A stretch of 64,000 bases of DNA, taken from a virus. Taxonomy: Duplodnaviria; Caudoviricetes. The stretch is taken from the IMG/VR virus record IMGVR_UViG_2645727757_000001, positions 1 through 64,000 of that record; one strand, 5' to 3'. Shown here piece after piece: positions 8,841-18,185 of the stretch (position 1 is the stretch's first letter; each line of letters opens with the position of its first letter). A model generated the notes under the pieces. That model saw only the letters and a program-made list of their open reading frames with translations. It was not told the origin of the DNA and did no database searches. Made by a program: the position numbers and the translations under genes.

Positions 8841-11800
8841 TTGGGTTACGATAGAATATTAAACAATGTATTAAAGACTGATGAATCAGACAACCTTCAA
8901 ATTGAAGTAGCTTTCAATAAGTATAAAAGAGAAAAGCAACCAAGAAGTCCAATGGATGCTCCATCTAATTCTTTTAGACCAGATAGTAATGTTAATAGTG
9001 GACCAAACGGTAATTCTAGTGGTTCTACTTCAAAGCCAGGTAGTGGGGATAACCCACTAGTTGGCGTTGTTCCACCTAAAGAAAGTGCATCTGGTTCTAC
9101 TGGTGGAATGGGACAATATGAATACGGACTTGAACAAGCTAAGTTACTTAATAGAAAGGTTAATGAAGCTACTTATTATAATGCTCCATTAATAAATGCT
9201 GATCCTAAAATAGTAAAAGAAATAATATCTGCTGAACAAAAAATATCAGATAGTAGAAAAAATATTCCTCCAGAATATAATGACTATATCGAATATCCTA
9301 ACAGAGTAAATAATAACTATACAGCATTTAGGTTAGGTGATGTTCAATTTAATGTTCCTCCAGAATTTATATCAGTTACTGAAACAACTCCTACAGAATC
9401 AGTAAATTCCCTAAGACAAAGGGGTAGTTTAAAAATAAAAAGAGGTTATACAAGAAGAAGTATAACAGTTCAATTATTTGTAAATGGAGCAGAGCAAATA
9501 AACGGATATGAAGTAAATTCACCATTTAATAGATACTATGTAGATGGAATAAGACCTCTATTTGCACAGTTTATTACTACACCTTTTGTACCTGTATATA
9601 ACGAATACCTTAATAATGAATATAATATTTTTACTGTTGCTGTATCTGGTATTTTAATAACAACTTTAGATGGATTTCCTGGGTGCTATGAAATTCATTT
9701 AAGTTTAGAGCAAATAACATTAACACCTTATACAGAAGTTCCAGATTGCTTATATGAAGATATTATAAACTGGGATTTATACAGGTTTAATTATCAAAGA
9801 CTTCTTTCAGAATACACGCCTAAAGTAAAAACGTTTTTACCTAAGATGAAAAATCACAAAGACAGTAAATTTAAATTGAAAATATTAAATCAAGAAATAT
9901 TAAATGGTGCTAAAGACTTTGAAAATAGAGAAGTTTCAGAAACCATATATGATGATAAAAACTTTGATGTGATGCTAGACACAGAGGAACAAGGATTTGA
10001 AGTTACTGGAATAAGCATTACTGCATCAAATAATATTCCATTAATACAATTAAATTCTCAAAACATACCTACAGCTCAATACTTAGGTTCAAGTGATATA
10101 GGATTTAATTTAGTTATACAAACTACAGATAGGGATGTTATTCATTCATTAGAAACAGCTAATGGTTTATCACAATTTATGGCAAGACAAAATAAAGAAT
10201 TTGGTACATTTGGATTCTTAAAAGTTGAAAATGAATTAATTAACATGGTTGGTGTTGAATATATAGTAATTGATTCATTAGAAATATCAACTGTACCTAA
10301 TTTCCCTGGTCTATATAATATTACAGTAGCTTGTACTGAATATGATTATAGGCAAAAAGAAAGAGAGCATTTAGTTGGAATGACACCATTCCAAGATAGA
10401 AAAGGATATAAAGATGATGCTATAAGTCAAGATGGAGTCGGGTTATTAAATAAGATTCAACAAGAAAATACTATAGAAGCAAAAATGACTAGAGTTGAAT
10501 TATACCCAGATTTACATTTACCTTTATATGATGAAGTAAACGAAGCTATTAAAAAGATAAATAAATTTAGAGCTAATCATAATTTAGCACCTATGAATAT
10601 GGATTCATTAGATAAATCATTCTCCATAACTCCAGGTAAAGGACCTATGGGAGCATACGGATTATATGTTGATCCAGATTATTATGTAAATTATCCATTG
10701 GATTATAGAAATTTAAATGATTCAATTTTTGATGAAATAAAAGGACCTAAAGAGGCAAAGCCAGTTACAACAGTAGGTAAAGCAATTCAATACGGAGAAG
10801 ATTTACCTGATGGAAGTTATATAGATGAAAATGGAGTAGTACATTACGTTACTGCTGGAAGTCCCTCTTCTTCAAGCGGTGGAGGTAATTATGATTATGA
10901 TACTGAAACAGGAAATGCATTAGCTGATATTTTAATATCTAAATGTAAAGAAGGTTGCGGTTATGTATTTGGTTCTGATGGTCAAATAGCTACATCTGGA
11001 AAGTGGAAAGGTAAGCAAGTATTTGACTGTAGTGGATTTATAAGTTGGGGATTAAGAGAACTTGGTCTTATGACTGGAAGAACTAATGACGCAGGACTTA
11101 TGAGTTCAACCTACTCAACTAGAATAAGCAAAAGTGAATTAAAGCCAGGAGATTTTGTAAGATTTGTAGGCCATATAGGAGTATATATCGGGAACAATAA
11201 AATAGTTGAAGCTGCAAATTCAGAAGCTGGTGTTAGAATAGGAAACTTATATTCTAAGTTTAATGAATTTGCAAGACCTAAAAATGTAGGAAATTCAAAG
11301 AATAGATCAATAGATTCAGATTCAAGAAAGACTTCAAGAAGACCTACAGTTGGTACTGGAGGAAATGAGAGCGGTGCTTATGATACTCCATATGATGTTA
11401 GCACAACTAAAATAAATCAATTAAATAGGTTCTTATCAAATAAATTAGCAAATACAGCAATTTATTTTGTAAAGTATGGCCATAAATATAATGTAAACCC
11501 TGTATTTGTAATGTCAATTTCAAAGCTTGAAACAGGACACGGAAAAGTAATAACTAATAATAATCCTGGTGGATTGATGGGCAAGAATGGTCTTATATCT
11601 TATCCAACAATAGAAGCTGGAATTGATGCTATGACAAAAAATCTTAGAAAATTATATTTAGATATGGGACTTGATACAATTCCTAAAGTCGGAGCTAAGT
11701 ATTGTCCTGTTGGAGCTAGTAATGATCCTACTGGTCTTAATGTTAATTGGATACCTAGTGTAACTGCAATATACAAAGAGATTGCAGGAGGACCACCAAC

Positions 11801-14459
11801 AAGTTTAGAATACAAAGGTTTTGGTGACGTAAATCCTAATTACTCTGGTGGTTCTGGAAGTGCTGGAGGCTCTTCTCAAACCGTAGAAACTATAAAAAAT
11901 CAATGGACTGGAAAAACAATAGGAGATACTGTTTTCAAATTAGATTCAAAGAACTTTGGAAGACCAATAGTACATGAAAGTCCAGCTATGTATGTTGTTA
12001 AGTATGACAATATAGGAAAAAAAGTAGAAGATAAACTTAATTTCATATCAAAATATATGAACGTTGATGGAGCTTCTAGCTTTAAGATTGCAAGTAAAAT
12101 ATATAAAGCATTAGGACATGAATTAGGAAATGGTGCTATAAAATCAATTTGGGAAGATATTGCATCAGATATTGGTGATGTAATTGGTTTTGGTGCTGAA
12201 ACTGTTAATTCATTTGTAACTAAAGAATACGACAAAATGATAAAGAAATTTTATAGCAATAGCTTAGAAATATATAAAACTATGTATACTGATATGATGA
12301 TGTATTCAAGAACAGGAACAATGTGTAGAGCTTTTCCGACTTATAGTTTTTTAATTGCAGATGATTCCGGTGATTGGCTAGATGCAAGAAGGTTATGGAG
12401 TAATTTCTATATATATAAATCAATTATATCTATAGATATTCACCAAGAAAAATCTCAACCAGTTCATACAGCAAAAATAACAGCTACTAATATTCATCAT
12501 AATCTTAATTCAAAGAAGACTAATCAAGAGCTTAGAAATAATATAAAGAATGATCCTGAATATGGTTGGTTAGTTAAGGAATTTTATAAGCTATCTGGTG
12601 TATTAGTTGGAACTCCTAAGCTTACAGAGAATATGGTTGAAGTTAAAAATCAACTATACGAGTTAATTAACTTAAAAGCTGGAGCTAGAATACACATAAG
12701 ACTTGGGTATGGTTCAAATCCTCTTATGTTGCCTATATGCTTTAATGGAGTAATATCTGAAATTAATAATGGTGATGTAGTTGAGATTCTAGCGGAAAGC
12801 TTTGGAGTTGAGCTAATAAATGGCATATTAAGTTCAGATGAAGAGGATGTAAATACAATATTCAATATTGGTTCAGAACCTACAAATGTAATATATAGTG
12901 CATTAGCTGAAAGAGATGGAACATTTGCTAATATGCTTAGTAAAAAGTGGGGAGAAAGTAGCAGGTATGGTATAGAAAACTTCGGGTTAGTAAGAGATTA
13001 TGCAAGAATAAAATTATTCGAGGATAGTGCAAAAAATTATGACCAAATGAAAAATGTTTATTTTGCTAGGTATGATTGTATTCCTTTCTGTAAGGGAGCA
13101 TTATTAAATATGGATGGAGAAGATAATGTTAATTTCTATCTTTATAATAAAACTCCTTGGGATGCTTTTCAAGTTATAACACAATCATTACCAGAGTTTG
13201 TATGTCAACCTATGTATCACCAGTTCGACTGTAGATTGTTCTTTGGATTACCATATGCTTTATCTTATTATAGGTATGATATTAATAAAGAAACAGTATA
13301 TGATTCAGCTAAATCCTTCGCACAATTCCATTATATAGATTCACTAAGTAACATTATTGATAATAGAGTATTGTCAACAACACAAGACCTTACAACTAAC
13401 TGTATAGCTATGTATACGTTAGGTGAAGGAGTTAAGAGTTCTCCTACAGTATATTCAGATAGAACAATATATCCAAGTTATCAAAAAACTAGAACTATAG
13501 ATACAACATTAGTTCAAGATTACTTTGGATGGGATTGGCTATATGAAAAAACGTTTGCTCCGATAGCAAAAAGTGCCGCTATAAATATGGCAACTTCAAC
13601 ATTAATTGATTCTTGGAACAAAAACTATACTGGAGAAGTTATTATAATAGGAAATAGTTCTATAAAACCTTGTGATTATTTATATATAAATGATATGTAT
13701 TCAAAGATGGAAGGTTTAACTACAGTAAGAGAAGTTGTTCATAGTATAAACATTAAAGGATTCACTACTTCTGTTTATCCAGATATGATTGCAATAAATA
13801 CAATGAAGTACAGCGGACAAGGGAATATAGTTAAATCTCTTACTTCATTTGGTGCTTCGTATGGAGCAGTAAAAACCGCAAGACAAGCTATAGTTGATTC
13901 TGTAGAACCATACTCAACTTCAATATCTGTATTTAGAGGTCTAGGAGCATTAAGATATGATTCTCCTGTGTTGTATACAGCTATGGTTGCTGGTATGGAT
14001 ATTAAGCTTGGAAAATATATATTAAATTCAATGAAAAGTGCTGAAATAGTAAAAGATTTTACAAAGTATAGTAAAGCTGTAGCTGGATTTGCTAAGAAAG
14101 GTATAAGTATTATAAATGGATTAGATGCTGTAAATAAAGCTAAAAACCTTAAATATGTTAAGCCAGTAGTTGCAGGACTTAAAGGTGCTGGATTAAAACT
14201 TGCAGGTTGGGGAAGTTTAATCGCTCCAGGCATAGGAACTATAGTTGGATGGGCAGTAGGTTCTATATTTATAGATGTTTTACTAGGAGCAATCATTGAT
14301 GAATTCTCCTACAATAATACGGTTAAAGTATTCCCTATGTACTATAAGGATGGACCTTTTATATCTGGTTGTAGTGGTCAAGCTAACCTAATTGCGGGAG
14401 TAGCAGAAACAAGTGATGTGGATGAAAATGGCAAAAAAATGCCAGAGGATGAAGATTAA
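8841..14459 (+). CDS. Baseplate hub / tail-associated peptidoglycan hydrolase (NlpC/P60 + glucosaminidase/lysozyme-like domains)
   Basis: NlpC/P60 motifs GYVFG...FDCSGFI...PGDFV...GHIGVYIG (~10940-11280). Lysozyme-fold motifs YNVNPVFVMSISKLETG, NNPGGL, KYCP (~11430-11790). Hub-like IRLGYG..F.GVISEI segment. Hydrophobic C-terminal helices. Lies upstream of the spike, gp25-like and J genes. Confidence 0.8.
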   Translation: MGYDRILNNVLKTDESDNLQIEVAFNKYKREKQPRSPMDAPSNSFRPDSNVNSGPNGNSSGSTSKPGSGDNPLVGVVPPKESASGSTGGMGQYEYGLEQAKLLNRKVNEATYYNAPLINADPKIVKEIISAEQKISDSRKNIPPEYNDYIEYPNRVNNNYTAFRLGDVQFNVPPEFISVTETTPTESVNSLRQRGSLKIKRGYTRRSITVQLFVNGAEQINGYEVNSPFNRYYVDGIRPLFAQFITTPFVPVYNEYLNNEYNIFTVAVSGILITTLDGFPGCYEIHLSLEQITLTPYTEVPDCLYEDIINWDLYRFNYQRLLSEYTPKVKTFLPKMKNHKDSKFKLKILNQEILNGAKDFENREVSETIYDDKNFDVMLDTEEQGFEVTGISITASNNIPLIQLNSQNIPTAQYLGSSDIGFNLVIQTTDRDVIHSLETANGLSQFMARQNKEFGTFGFLKVENELINMVGVEYIVIDSLEISTVPNFPGLYNITVACTEYDYRQKEREHLVGMTPFQDRKGYKDDAISQDGVGLLNKIQQENTIEAKMTRVELYPDLHLPLYDEVNEAIKKINKFRANHNLAPMNMDSLDKSFSITPGKGPMGAYGLYVDPDYYVNYPLDYRNLNDSIFDEIKGPKEAKPVTTVGKAIQYGEDLPDGSYIDENGVVHYVTAGSPSSSSGGGNYDYDTETGNALADILISKCKEGCGYVFGSDGQIATSGKWKGKQVFDCSGFISWGLRELGLMTGRTNDAGLMSSTYSTRISKSELKPGDFVRFVGHIGVYIGNNKIVEAANSEAGVRIGNLYSKFNEFARPKNVGNSKNRSIDSDSRKTSRRPTVGTGGNESGAYDTPYDVSTTKINQLNRFLSNKLANTAIYFVKYGHKYNVNPVFVMSISKLETGHGKVITNNNPGGLMGKNGLISYPTIEAGIDAMTKNLRKLYLDMGLDTIPKVGAKYCPVGASNDPTGLNVNWIPSVTAIYKEIAGGPPTSLEYKGFGDVNPNYSGGSGSAGGSSQTVETIKNQWTGKTIGDTVFKLDSKNFGRPIVHESPAMYVVKYDNIGKKVEDKLNFISKYMNVDGASSFKIASKIYKALGHELGNGAIKSIWEDIASDIGDVIGFGAETVNSFVTKEYDKMIKKFYSNSLEIYKTMYTDMMMYSRTGTMCRAFPTYSFLIADDSGDWLDARRLWSNFYIYKSIISIDIHQEKSQPVHTAKITATNIHHNLNSKKTNQELRNNIKNDPEYGWLVKEFYKLSGVLVGTPKLTENMVEVKNQLYELINLKAGARIHIRLGYGSNPLMLPICFNGVISEINNGDVVEILAESFGVELINGILSSDEEDVNTIFNIGSEPTNVIYSALAERDGTFANMLSKKWGESSRYGIENFGLVRDYARIKLFEDSAKNYDQMKNVYFARYDCIPFCKGALLNMDGEDNVNFYLYNKTPWDAFQVITQSLPEFVCQPMYHQFDCRLFFGLPYALSYYRYDINKETVYDSAKSFAQFHYIDSLSNIIDNRVLSTTQDLTTNCIAMYTLGEGVKSSPTVYSDRTIYPSYQKTRTIDTTLVQDYFGWDWLYEKTFAPIAKSAAINMATSTLIDSWNKNYTGEVIIIGNSSIKPCDYLYINDMYSKMEGLTTVREVVHSINIKGFTTSVYPDMIAINTMKYSGQGNIVKSLTSFGASYGAVKTARQAIVDSVEPYSTSISVFRGLGALRYDSPVLYTAMVAGMDIKLGKYILNSMKSAEIVKDFTKYSKAVAGFAKKGISIINGLDAVNKAKNLKYVKPVVAGLKGAGLKLAGWGSLIAPGIGTIVGWAVGSIFIDVLLGAIIDEFSYNNTVKVFPMYYKDGPFISGCSGQANLIAGVAETSDVDENGKKMPEDED

Positions 14460-14504
14460 AATGCTAAAATATGGTAATATATTATTAAAGTAGGTGAATG
14501 TCAT

Positions 14505-15245
14505 TTGGCTGATTTAAAAGATAAAATTCAAAATAATATAATCAAACCCTATTTGGATGGTATTTTTACAACTGTCAAGGCTAGTGTTACTAGCTTTGAT
14601 AGTTATAGAAACAGAGCAAACATCAAATATAGAAATCCTAAAGGTAGAGGGATTTTAGAAGCTAAAAAAGTTCCAATTCAAATATATTCCCAAGGAATAT
14701 ATGCCTCAACAATAGAAGAGGGTTCAATGGTTTGGGTATCTTTTGAAAATGGAAGTCCATTAAAACCTAAAATAGTTGGAATTATAGATGAATCATATGA
14801 ATTAAGTACAAGGGAAAAAATGAAACATATTCTTCAAGGCGGATTAATAACAAGAGAATATGAAAAAAAAGAACCCAAAATTAAAAATAGAATAAATAGC
14901 TGGATAAGTGATAAAAGTCCTGGATATGCTAATCAAGTTGAGTATGTAAATTTCGATATAGAAAAAAAGTATTTAGAAATTGCAGAAAAGCTAGGATATT
15001 ATGAAGAAAAAGAGATAGGATTAACACATACAGTAAATGGTACAACTATTAAAATAACAAATGAAGGTAATATAAATATATTTACCGCAATTAACCAAGG
15101 AATTTCTATAAACACATCTGATAATAAGATAACAATTACTTCTTTAAATGAAATCTTTTTAAATTCACCTAATGTAAAAATAAATACTGAAAATGTAAAT
15201 GTATCAGCAAGAACATTTAAAATAAATAACAAGGATTTGATTTGA
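14505..15245 (+). CDS. Probable baseplate spike (gpV/gp5 OB-fold-like)
   Basis: GSMVWVSFENGSPLKPKIVG resembles the G..V.V.F..G....P.I.G OB-fold motif; beta-strand-rich C-terminus; position after the hub. Confidence 0.6.
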   Translation: MADLKDKIQNNIIKPYLDGIFTTVKASVTSFDSYRNRANIKYRNPKGRGILEAKKVPIQIYSQGIYASTIEEGSMVWVSFENGSPLKPKIVGIIDESYELSTREKMKHILQGGLITREYEKKEPKIKNRINSWISDKSPGYANQVEYVNFDIEKKYLEIAEKLGYYEEKEIGLTHTVNGTTIKITNEGNINIFTAINQGISINTSDNKITITSLNEIFLNSPNVKINTENVNVSARTFKINNKDLI

Positions 15246-15643
15246 CAATGGATTTTCTAATTGATAACAAAGGGGAATTAATCATAGAAGAGAAAAATTT
15301 AAACATATGCGAAGGAGAAAAAGAAAAAGTACAAGCGGCATACTGCATATGTAAATCAATATCCAATGATTGGTTTATAGATAAATTAGGTGCTGATCTT
15401 GAAGAGATAATCGGGATGCCAAATAATAAATTTTCCAAAGAAATTGGAGAGAAAAAAATAATAAGTTCCTTATCTTCTATTTATGATTCAAATGACATTT
15501 ATGTTGAAGCTGTACAGGAAAATAACATAATGGAATATACTGTTTATCTAAAAACAGAAGATGGATTTAGTTCTAATAAATTTAAAATAACAATAGATTT
15601 ATTAGGCTATGGAATATCTATTGATAGGGGAGAAAAACAATGA
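15242..15643 (+). CDS. Probable gp25/gpW-like baseplate wedge protein
   Basis: 133 aa; W...KLGADLEEIIG motif; lies between spike and J-like genes. Confidence 0.55.
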   Translation: MTMDFLIDNKGELIIEEKNLNICEGEKEKVQAAYCICKSISNDWFIDKLGADLEEIIGMPNNKFSKEIGEKKIISSLSSIYDSNDIYVEAVQENNIMEYTVYLKTEDGFSSNKFKITIDLLGYGISIDRGEKQ

Positions 15644-16458
15644 GAATTATTTTAAATAAGGAATTTGAAGATATAGAAAAAACTATATTAGAGAATTTAA
15701 GAAAAGTAAATATAGATGCTACTCCTGGAACAATAGCTAAATTATTTGCAGATTCTATAACGTTTGAATTAAGTGATTTTTATAAGATGTTACAAGAATT
15801 TCATGCACAATCTTTCCTATCAAGTGCTACTGATATATGCTTAGATGCCATAGGAAAATTACTTGATTGTACAAGAAATGCTGATGAAACTGATGATGAA
15901 TTTAGAAAAAGAATTTCACTTAAAATAAGAGAATCGGCTACAAGTAATTATATGAGTATAAGACTTAAGGCTTTAACTGTAGATAATGTACAAGACTTAT
16001 CTTATAAAGAATATAGTCACGGTTCTGGTTCGTTTTCTATAGCTGTAGCTACTGAAAACTATTTTACAGATAACGATACTATAAAAAGTGTTATAGATGC
16101 TGTACAAGAAGTAGTAGCATATGGAACTAGGTTTACTATTATTGCGGTTAATAATAGTTTACTGTCATTTAAAATAAAACTTAACATAAGTAGTGAAGTA
16201 AGTTCAAATGATGCTAGAAACTTACACCTAGAAGTAAGAGAAAAAGTAATAGATTATATTAATTCATTGAAGATCGGTGAAAGTTTAATAGTTAATGAGC
16301 TTACAAAAATAATTATGTCAGTTAGTGATGATATAGTTAATTATACTTGTGAAGAGTTTAAAGTAAACGGTATTAAGCAAGACTTGTTAAATCTTACAAG
16401 CAATTGGACAAATAGATTTGTAATATCTACTGAACCAAATGCTATAAATATATATTAA
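15640..16458 (+). CDS. Baseplate J-like protein
   Basis: PGTIAKLF, FLSSAT..CLDAIG, ETDDEFRKRI and YINSLKIGESL motifs typical of baseplate J/gp6. Confidence 0.75.
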   Translation: MRIILNKEFEDIEKTILENLRKVNIDATPGTIAKLFADSITFELSDFYKMLQEFHAQSFLSSATDICLDAIGKLLDCTRNADETDDEFRKRISLKIRESATSNYMSIRLKALTVDNVQDLSYKEYSHGSGSFSIAVATENYFTDNDTIKSVIDAVQEVVAYGTRFTIIAVNNSLLSFKIKLNISSEVSSNDARNLHLEVREKVIDYINSLKIGESLIVNELTKIIMSVSDDIVNYTCEEFKVNGIKQDLLNLTSNWTNRFVISTEPNAINIY

Positions 16459-16471
16459 AGGTGATTTGTAG

Positions 16472-17116
16472 ATGAATGATTCAATAATCAAAGAAATAAT
16501 AACAACAATAGGTACTGTTTTAGTTGCATTTGTAACTGGAATGTTTTCATATAAAGCAACAAAAAATAAAAATAATAATAAAGTTTCAATTAAGCAACAC
16601 TCTTTTTTTGCAAGAACAGAGGCGTTAAAAGGAGAAGTTTTAAGAAATTTTGAAATTAGAAACAAAGGTAAAGAAATTGCATTTAAAGAGATAATAGTTG
16701 CACAGTTATCAATATTTAATAAAGTACTTAGGGAGTTTGCTAATGTTATAGAAACAGGTGAAATAAAGGACGAAACAGAACTTTATAATAGGTGCATATC
16801 GGATTTTGAAACCATTCATAGAGAATTATACCGTTTTTATTTATCAAATGATAGCTATACGCATGATGAAAAATTAGTATTGGAAAAGATAATGAATAAG
16901 TATCAAAACTGGAATGAGAATATAATAAATCATACCAAAGAATGTATTTTAATGATATGTAATAGCCCTTTTTATTCTGATATTAATACTAAGGCAGCAG
17001 TTATACTTGATTCTTATATGTCAATTACTATTGATACAATAAATTATGCTGAAAAAACATTTAATAATATTAATGGTGATTTAAAGGGGCTATGCTTTAG
17101 GGAGCACGTAATATGA
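16472..17116 (+). CDS. Hypothetical membrane-anchored protein
   Basis: N-terminal hydrophobic helix IITTIGTVLVAFVTGMFSY followed by basic residues and a helical domain; RBS aaggtg. Confidence 0.6.
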   Translation: MNDSIIKEIITTIGTVLVAFVTGMFSYKATKNKNNNKVSIKQHSFFARTEALKGEVLRNFEIRNKGKEIAFKEIIVAQLSIFNKVLREFANVIETGEIKDETELYNRCISDFETIHRELYRFYLSNDSYTHDEKLVLEKIMNKYQNWNENIINHTKECILMICNSPFYSDINTKAAVILDSYMSITIDTINYAEKTFNNINGDLKGLCFREHVI

Positions 17117-18174
17117 ATGAATCACAATTTAATTTATTTACGCAAAAAATAATAAATAGATTACCATACTGGATGGCTATAAGGAGAAAAAATCAAGATT
17201 CTATAGGTTCAATGTTCTTAGATGTTTTTGGAATAGAACTAAAAGAAATATATGATATTTTAACCTATGCCTATGAACAAGTTTATATAGAAAGTGTAGA
17301 CTTAGACCAGATAAATATTTTATATAAATCTTTACTGGAAGAATACACAGATATAGAGCTTATTGATGAGATATATACTGATGATGGTTCTTTAAAAAGA
17401 ACTAAAGATATTAATGAGCTTATAAAAAGTGATGAATTTTATTTTTTAGATGAAAAAAGAAAAATCATATATCTTAATAAAGCTTATTCTAAAAATGCAA
17501 AATATAAGTATGGATATGTATATGTTAGGTACAAAAATACTATAAATAAATTAATCTTAGAGCTTCATCAAGTTTGGAATTTCTTAGATGAATTTGGATT
17601 CCTGTTAGATTGTTCAAGACTTATTGGTGAAAGCAATTATGATTATAAAAATAGATTAATAGATGTATTCAAATCTCCACCATCTTCTTCTATGAATGGA
17701 TTATTAAATGCCATATCAAGAGAAACTGGACTAAGAGTTTTTAAAACATGGAAAGATGGTTCTAAGGATTTTATTATAGATGATCCTATGGTTGTAATAA
17801 ATAAAATAAAAGTAGACAACCAATATTTCGATATAAAAGATATTGATATACTAAATAACAAAATAATCCTTAAAGGAAATGAAAAGTTTAAAGATATATC
17901 AAGAAAAGTTGTCTATGATAGTGGAATTGAAATGCACCAATTGCACAATAAGAATGATAAAAAGCTACAATATGAATTATTTGAAGCTGATGGATTTGCT
18001 ACTGATTTATTAAAAGAATATGCAAAGAAATTAAAAATGATTGCTCCTATTGAATGGGGAAGTTTTATATGGGATGAATCCTTCTATGATTTAAGTGAAT
18101 CTGATATAAGCGGAGAGGGATTTATACCGAGCTTTTACGATTCAAGTATAGAGGGATTTAAAAAGTATAAGTAG
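17113..18174 (+). CDS. Probable baseplate wedge/structural protein
   Basis: FLDEFGFLLDCSRLIGESNYDYKNRL resembles the LD..G...R..GE....YR.R wedge motif; coupled start/stop overlap. Confidence 0.55.
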   Translation: MNESQFNLFTQKIINRLPYWMAIRRKNQDSIGSMFLDVFGIELKEIYDILTYAYEQVYIESVDLDQINILYKSLLEEYTDIELIDEIYTDDGSLKRTKDINELIKSDEFYFLDEKRKIIYLNKAYSKNAKYKYGYVYVRYKNTINKLILELHQVWNFLDEFGFLLDCSRLIGESNYDYKNRLIDVFKSPPSSSMNGLLNAISRETGLRVFKTWKDGSKDFIIDDPMVVINKIKVDNQYFDIKDIDILNNKIILKGNEKFKDISRKVVYDSGIEMHQLHNKNDKKLQYELFEADGFATDLLKEYAKKLKMIAPIEWGSFIWDESFYDLSESDISGEGFIPSFYDSSIEGFKKYK

Positions 18175-18185
18175 AGGGTTGTAAA

